DNA of 39,262 bases from positions 127,327,840-127,367,101 of the forward strand of contig NC_068982.1 of the NCBI RefSeq assembly GCF_001194135.2, read 5' to 3'. The position numbers and the translations under genes were made by a program. This stretch comes from Octopus bimaculoides. Lineage: Eukaryota. Below, piece by piece: positions 34,514-39,262 of the stretch. Below the pieces are notes generated by a model that saw nothing but the letters and a program-made list of their open reading frames with translations, was not told where the DNA came from and did no database searches. Numbering within the stretch: position 1 is the stretch's first letter; the number at the start of each line of letters is the position of its first letter.

Positions 34514-35369
34514 AACAATAGATGGATAATGTATCAATTCACAGCAGCTGCTTCCATTGAATTTCTAATTGATTAATGGAGACATAACATCATTAGAAAA
34601 AGAACGTTTTCATCAGGTGAATACATGAACCCCAACCCCAACATTCAAAGACATTCAAGTCCTGGGGTCGGTTTGCTTGACTAAAGGCAGTACTGCAGCA
34701 TGGCCGCAGTCAAATCACTGAAACAAGTAAAAGAATAAAAGAACGTAAAAGATATTGGTTAGCCCAGGGCTATAATAGAAGATATTTGTCCAAGGTGTCA
34801 CACAGTGAGACTGAACAAGAAACCACAGGGTTGCTAAGAGGGGTTCTTTACCACTCAGCCATGCCAGGTTACATTTTTCAATATTAAAAGATTAAGCGTG
34901 ATAAAAGACAACACAGCAGAATACTGGACTAAATGCATTATATTATTTAGTTTCAACTAAATTAATAAAATTATTTTAATCCATCAATTTTCAGTTGAGA
35001 TTTTCCACTAAATCAATAAAATAAATACAAGTAATATACTTTTAATTCCATTAAAATTTCACTCATGTATTGCCTGTATTCTGGTTTTAATTATTTTTGA
35101 TTAATTAAAATTTCTGAATTGTCTTCAGGATTAATCAGTAAGTCACTGATTCTTACTCTTCCCCACAAATGTAATTTTATTAATTAAAATCTTTTGTCTC
35201 ACTTCATAAAGTATGTTAACACATAATCTTACTATTTAGTTTTCACGCAGAGTGAGTAACCAGGTATTTTCATTCTAGACTTTACTTCAAGTTATCACAT
35301 ATCTATTCACAGACGCACATATATATACATGTGTGTGTGTGTGTGTATATATATATATGTATATATCAA

Positions 35370-35584
35370 GGTGGCAAGCTGACAGAAACATTAGCACGCC
35401 CGGCGAAATGCTAAGCGGTATTTCGTCTGTCTTTACATTCTGAGTTTAAGTTCTGCCGAGCTCAACTTTGCTTTTCAATCCTTTCAGGGCCGATAAATTA
35501 AGTACCAGTTGCATACTGGGGTCGATCTAATTGACTGGCCCCCTCCCCCAAAATTTCTGGCATTGTGCCTAGAGTTGAAAAGAA
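35370..35584 (+). mobile_element. SINE family B
   Basis: Colinear with 4306-4520. Confidence 0.85.
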
Positions 35585-35638
35585 NNNNNNNNNNNNNNNN
35601 NNNNNNNNNNNNNNNNNNNNNNNNNNNNNNNNNNNNNN

Positions 35639-35664
<26 letters not shown>

Positions 35665-35669
<5 letters not shown>

Positions 35670-35887
35670 TCATCATCTTCATCATTATTTTATCATCCAA
35701 TTTTCCATGATTGCATGGAACAGATGGAGTTTACTGAGGCAGATTTTCTATGGCCAGATACCCTTTCCTGTTGCCAATCCTTATGTTTCCTCATGGCCAG
35801 ACATGTTTTCACAGAATATTGGAAATGAATGACATTCATTTACAACAATGATACAGTATCAAGCCATGCATAGCCACACTCATGTAT

Positions 35888-35939
<52 letters not shown>

Positions 35940-36012
35940 ACACACACATACATGCACATGCACATGTGCACACACACATGCATATATACAACAGGCTTCT
36001 TTCAGTTTCCTT
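35665..36012 (-). mobile_element. SINE A' (A head end, (TG)n, RTE-like tail)
   Basis: acaacaggcttctttcagtttcc is the family A junction; the tail has an RTE-like ggcaacaggaaagggtatctggcc word and (GAT)n. Confidence 0.7.
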
Positions 36013-36148
36013 CTGCAGAATCTTTTCACAAATAGTTGCATTGGCAATAGGAGTGAATATTAGTTGTAGCAACAGCAGCAATTCTAATGGCTGTAGTAGT
36101 TGTGGTTGTATTAGTTTAATAGCAGTAGGGTTTGTTGTAATTCTCTCT

Positions 36149-36190
<42 letters not shown>

Positions 36191-36789
36191 TCCCTCTCTC
36201 TCTCCCTCCCTATCTCTCTCCCTCGCCCCCTCCCTCTCTCTATCTCGCTGGTATTTAGAAGTGGCTAGTAATTGGTTAAGAAGTTTGTTTCTCTGTTGAT
36301 GTGCTGTTGCATTGTGTAATCACTGAATTGATATAGAGGGAAAATTGTATAATTTAGTTGTCTAACCTCAGCATATATTCATATGTTCATTGAGTCTTAT
36401 TTGTCTGCATTCCAGTATATATATTTGTGATCTATGAAGAGTCATGCACTGTCTTAAAGACCTTCTGGTTTGTCATACATAATGATCTCCATATCCTGAG
36501 CATGTAATTGCATACCCTAAATAAATCTATAAGATCTATGTATTTGATTGATCCAATTTTCCGTCAGTTAATGTTAATTTTTTAAAAATACAAAAGTTGG
36601 ATATTTTCCATCATGTTGGTGCTCCAGCAAGGTCACAGTTTTGAGGGTGAAATCAGTACTAAAAGGAAAAAGAAATGGAAAAGAAGAATATAAAACATTT
36701 CCCATATGGGTAAATTAGTAAATCCAAATAGTTACTTTGATATCATGGTTAGAACATCTACCATATTTACAGATAATGTGGATTTGAGT

Positions 36790-36983
36790 CCCAATGGCAA
36801 CCTTTGACTTTTTATATAAGCACAGGCAATGTAAATGAAAGCATTGACAAGTGGTTGAGAAGTGTGCTTCCCAATCATGTGGTTTCAAGTTTAATTCCAC
36901 AATTTGGCACCTTCACCTTAGGTAAATGTCTTCAACTATGGCCCTGGGTCCACCAAAGACTTGTGAGTGGATTTGGAGATCAA

Positions 36984-37027
<44 letters not shown>

Positions 37028-37330
37028 ATATGTATAAGTATATTTGTCTGGGTGCATGTATGTGTTTGTGTGTCTCCCTTGCATTCACTGGTTTGTTTAC
37101 AAACTTTGCCTTAAACAGTGTTGCTTACTTCCAGCTCCACGCATAGAACATGCCTGGGTTGTTAACTGTTCAATAGATTGGGAGATTATTACCTCCCTAG
37201 GAAACAAACAGGGAGAGGAGAGTTAGCAATAAGAAAAGCATCTGGGCAAAGGGAAATTCTGCCCTACTGTAGTGTTGTTTGACCCATTCACACATGGAAA
37301 ATTAGACATTAAAATGATGATGATGATGAT
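36790..37330 (+). mobile_element. Diverged SINE, A-type head with RTE-like tail
   Basis: Head 36850-36985 (ggcacc...aggtaaatgtcttc...gtgagtggatttgg); tail tagcaataagaaaagcatctgg...gacattaaaatgatgatg. Confidence 0.55.
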
Positions 37331-37635
37331 GATGATGACGACGACGACGACGATGATGGCGACAACGACGATAACGATGAAGACGATGACGATGATGATG
37401 AGGGGGGGGAAGAGGAGGAGGAGGAGGATAAGGGGAGGATGATGAAGAGGAGGATGAAGGGGAGGAGGATGAAGAGGAGGATGAAGGGGAGGAGGATGAA
37501 GGGGAGGAGGATGAAGGGAAGGAGGATGAAGGGGAGGAGGATGAAGGGGAGGATGATGAAGGGGAGGATGATGAAGGGGAGGAGGATGAAGGGGAGGAGG
37601 AGGCTACTGCTGATGATGATGACGATGATAACGAC
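37315..37635. repeat. Compound GAT/GAC/GAG microsatellite with 15-bp minisatellite (GATGAAGGGGAGGAG)n
   Basis: About ten 15-bp units at 37438-37600 inside a (GAT)n tail. Confidence 0.9.
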
Positions 37636-38139
37636 AAGGAAACTAGTGTTTATATATTTATATTTATTGTTGATCATCTCTGTTCAAAGATGTTCCTGTG
37701 GTGACCATCCAGTCTATGATTTTTCCGTTTTTTTCCATCTAGTGTGTCCTTTCTTTATTTAGAGTATGTACCCTGAAGCGAACATGGCAACTGTTTCTAG
37801 CAAGTTGAATGACCATGTACAGGTTTCTTCATTGTCTCATTATGTCTATGTATGCGTTCATACCAAGATGCATTTTCAGTACTGGCGCCTCCCTAATACC
37901 TTGCTACATTTTTGGAATTCCGTTTCTTGTAGTCACTATATCCATTTCCACAGTTTTTGATTAAATAAATAAAATATGTATTCTCTATTCAATCCCAGAT
38001 TAATTTCCCAAAATTTAATATAAATTCATCACAGTTTCAAATAATCACATATCTCCAATTGCTGAGGATTTTTGGTTATTTTGCTCTATGTATGTTTTGT
38101 TGGATTTTGTGTGTGTGTGTGTGTTTGTGTTTGTGTGTG

Positions 38140-38189
<50 letters not shown>

Positions 38190-38770
38190 TGTGCTTGTGT
38201 GTGTGTGTTTCTTTTTCATTTACTGTCCTTCATTGTCCAGTGTTAAAGCAATCTTTTCTTCATTACATTTCCCAGTATTTGCCTTGTTTCAATTGTTTTG
38301 CATTTCATGTACACATGCTATCTCACTCCCTTCCACCCTTCACATCCATTAATATTGTATTTCAGTCACCTGATATACCTGCTGATATTTTCTTAATCCA
38401 TATACACCTTCCTATCTTTAATCCAGTCAGTTGATTTTGAAACAAGCTCTGAAGCAACTCATCAACACATCACTACTTCTTCTTTCTTTTATTTGCTGAC
38501 ATGTTCTATAGGTTTATTTATTACTACACTGTTTAATTTCACACTAATGCTGCTATGTTGTGCAGCATTTCAAATCAGCTGACACTTTTCAAACATAAAC
38601 TAACACCTTGATAAACAGCTTATGAGAAATTGATATATAGAATAGCATGTTAGATTGCTACTAAAACGTCTCACCACAGCTAGATATCATCTTCCTACAC
38701 CAGGCTAAGCTTTAATGAATATCATTGCACAGTTCTGTCTGTTTGGTAACATTACAGTATACATACATAC

Positions 38771-38809
<39 letters not shown>

Positions 38810-39124
38810 CATNNNNNNNNNNNNNNNNNNNNNNNNNNNNNNNNNNNNNNNNNNNNNNNNNNNNNNNNNNNNNNNNNNNNNNNNNATATATATATATATA
38901 TATAGGAGGAATTTCAACCATGTTTCGTGGTCTGCTACCACAACAGCTCCTTTATAGGATCCAGTTAGCTGAAGACATCATCAGGAGGAGCCCCTCCTTT
39001 CATAGGTGTCTTCAGCTCTGGTGTTGGGTGCATGTCTTCTTTCTTTATTCCCTGGCCTCTTCGATGCAGCATCAACGAGTGTCAGCGTCCGACTGATCGT
39101 CGTGTCAAGTTCCCCTTTTTATAT

Positions 39125-39262
39125 CTGCTGCTAGGCTCCAGCAGGCAGCCCCAGCTAGTTGTCACGTGAAACTGTCTAAATTTCCCGCTGCTAGGGTCCA
39201 GTAGGCAGCACCAGCAAGTTGTCACATGACACTGTCTAAACTTCCTGCTGCTAGGCTCCAGC
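39125..39262. repeat. 60-bp tandem array, at least 2.3 copies, open at the window edge
   Basis: Unit starts at 39125, 39185 and 39245 (c.gctgctagg.tccag.aggcagc.ccagc.agttgtcac.tga.actgtctaaa.ttc). Confidence 0.92.

Noticed and set aside
37302-37762. Ser/Pro-rich, acidic or MKGRR-repeat ORFs (protamine- or mucin-like)
   Set aside because: All frames come from the 15-bp minisatellite grown from a retroelement tail.
38927-38940. Minus-strand TGGTAGCAGA as an initiator-Met primer-binding site
   Set aside because: Only a 10-nt match, not preceded by an LTR-ending CA, and followed by (TA)n instead of gag; may be chance.

Overview
Repeat-saturated, gap-ridden animal genomic window. The tRNA-derived SINEs, RTE LINE tails and dense microsatellites point to a coleoid cephalopod, probably Octopus (inference). 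It holds one host gene: the last five coding exons of a + strand Neverland/DAF-36 family Rieske oxygenase (cholesterol 7-desaturase, nvd) at 7081-7269, 8580-8758, 10421-10666, 17172-17345 and 18685-18852. All four introns are GT-AG with compatible phases, giving about 317 aa; the N-terminal exon(s) lie outside the window. The Rieske motif is intact, but the first acidic residue of the non-heme iron motif is Leu (EIPLNGADVIHLNQVH). The rest is transposon debris: a decayed Tc1, a TIR-complete deleted DD37(D/E) maT-like element, a 5'-truncated RTE LINE with a PHD-like finger, many RTE 3' fragments, several SINE families, a Penelope-like GIY-YIG remnant with hammerhead-like motifs, a hAT-type MITE, a nested foldback element inside an nvd intron, a Helitron-like 5' end, a near-perfect palindrome and a 60-bp tandem array at the right edge. 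Almost all long ORFs in the supplied track are microsatellite or N-gap artefacts. I see no evidence for a new multi-gene system; the best leads are the motif substitution, the intronic foldback, the RTE PHD finger and the Penelope-like ends. All alignments were done by eye.
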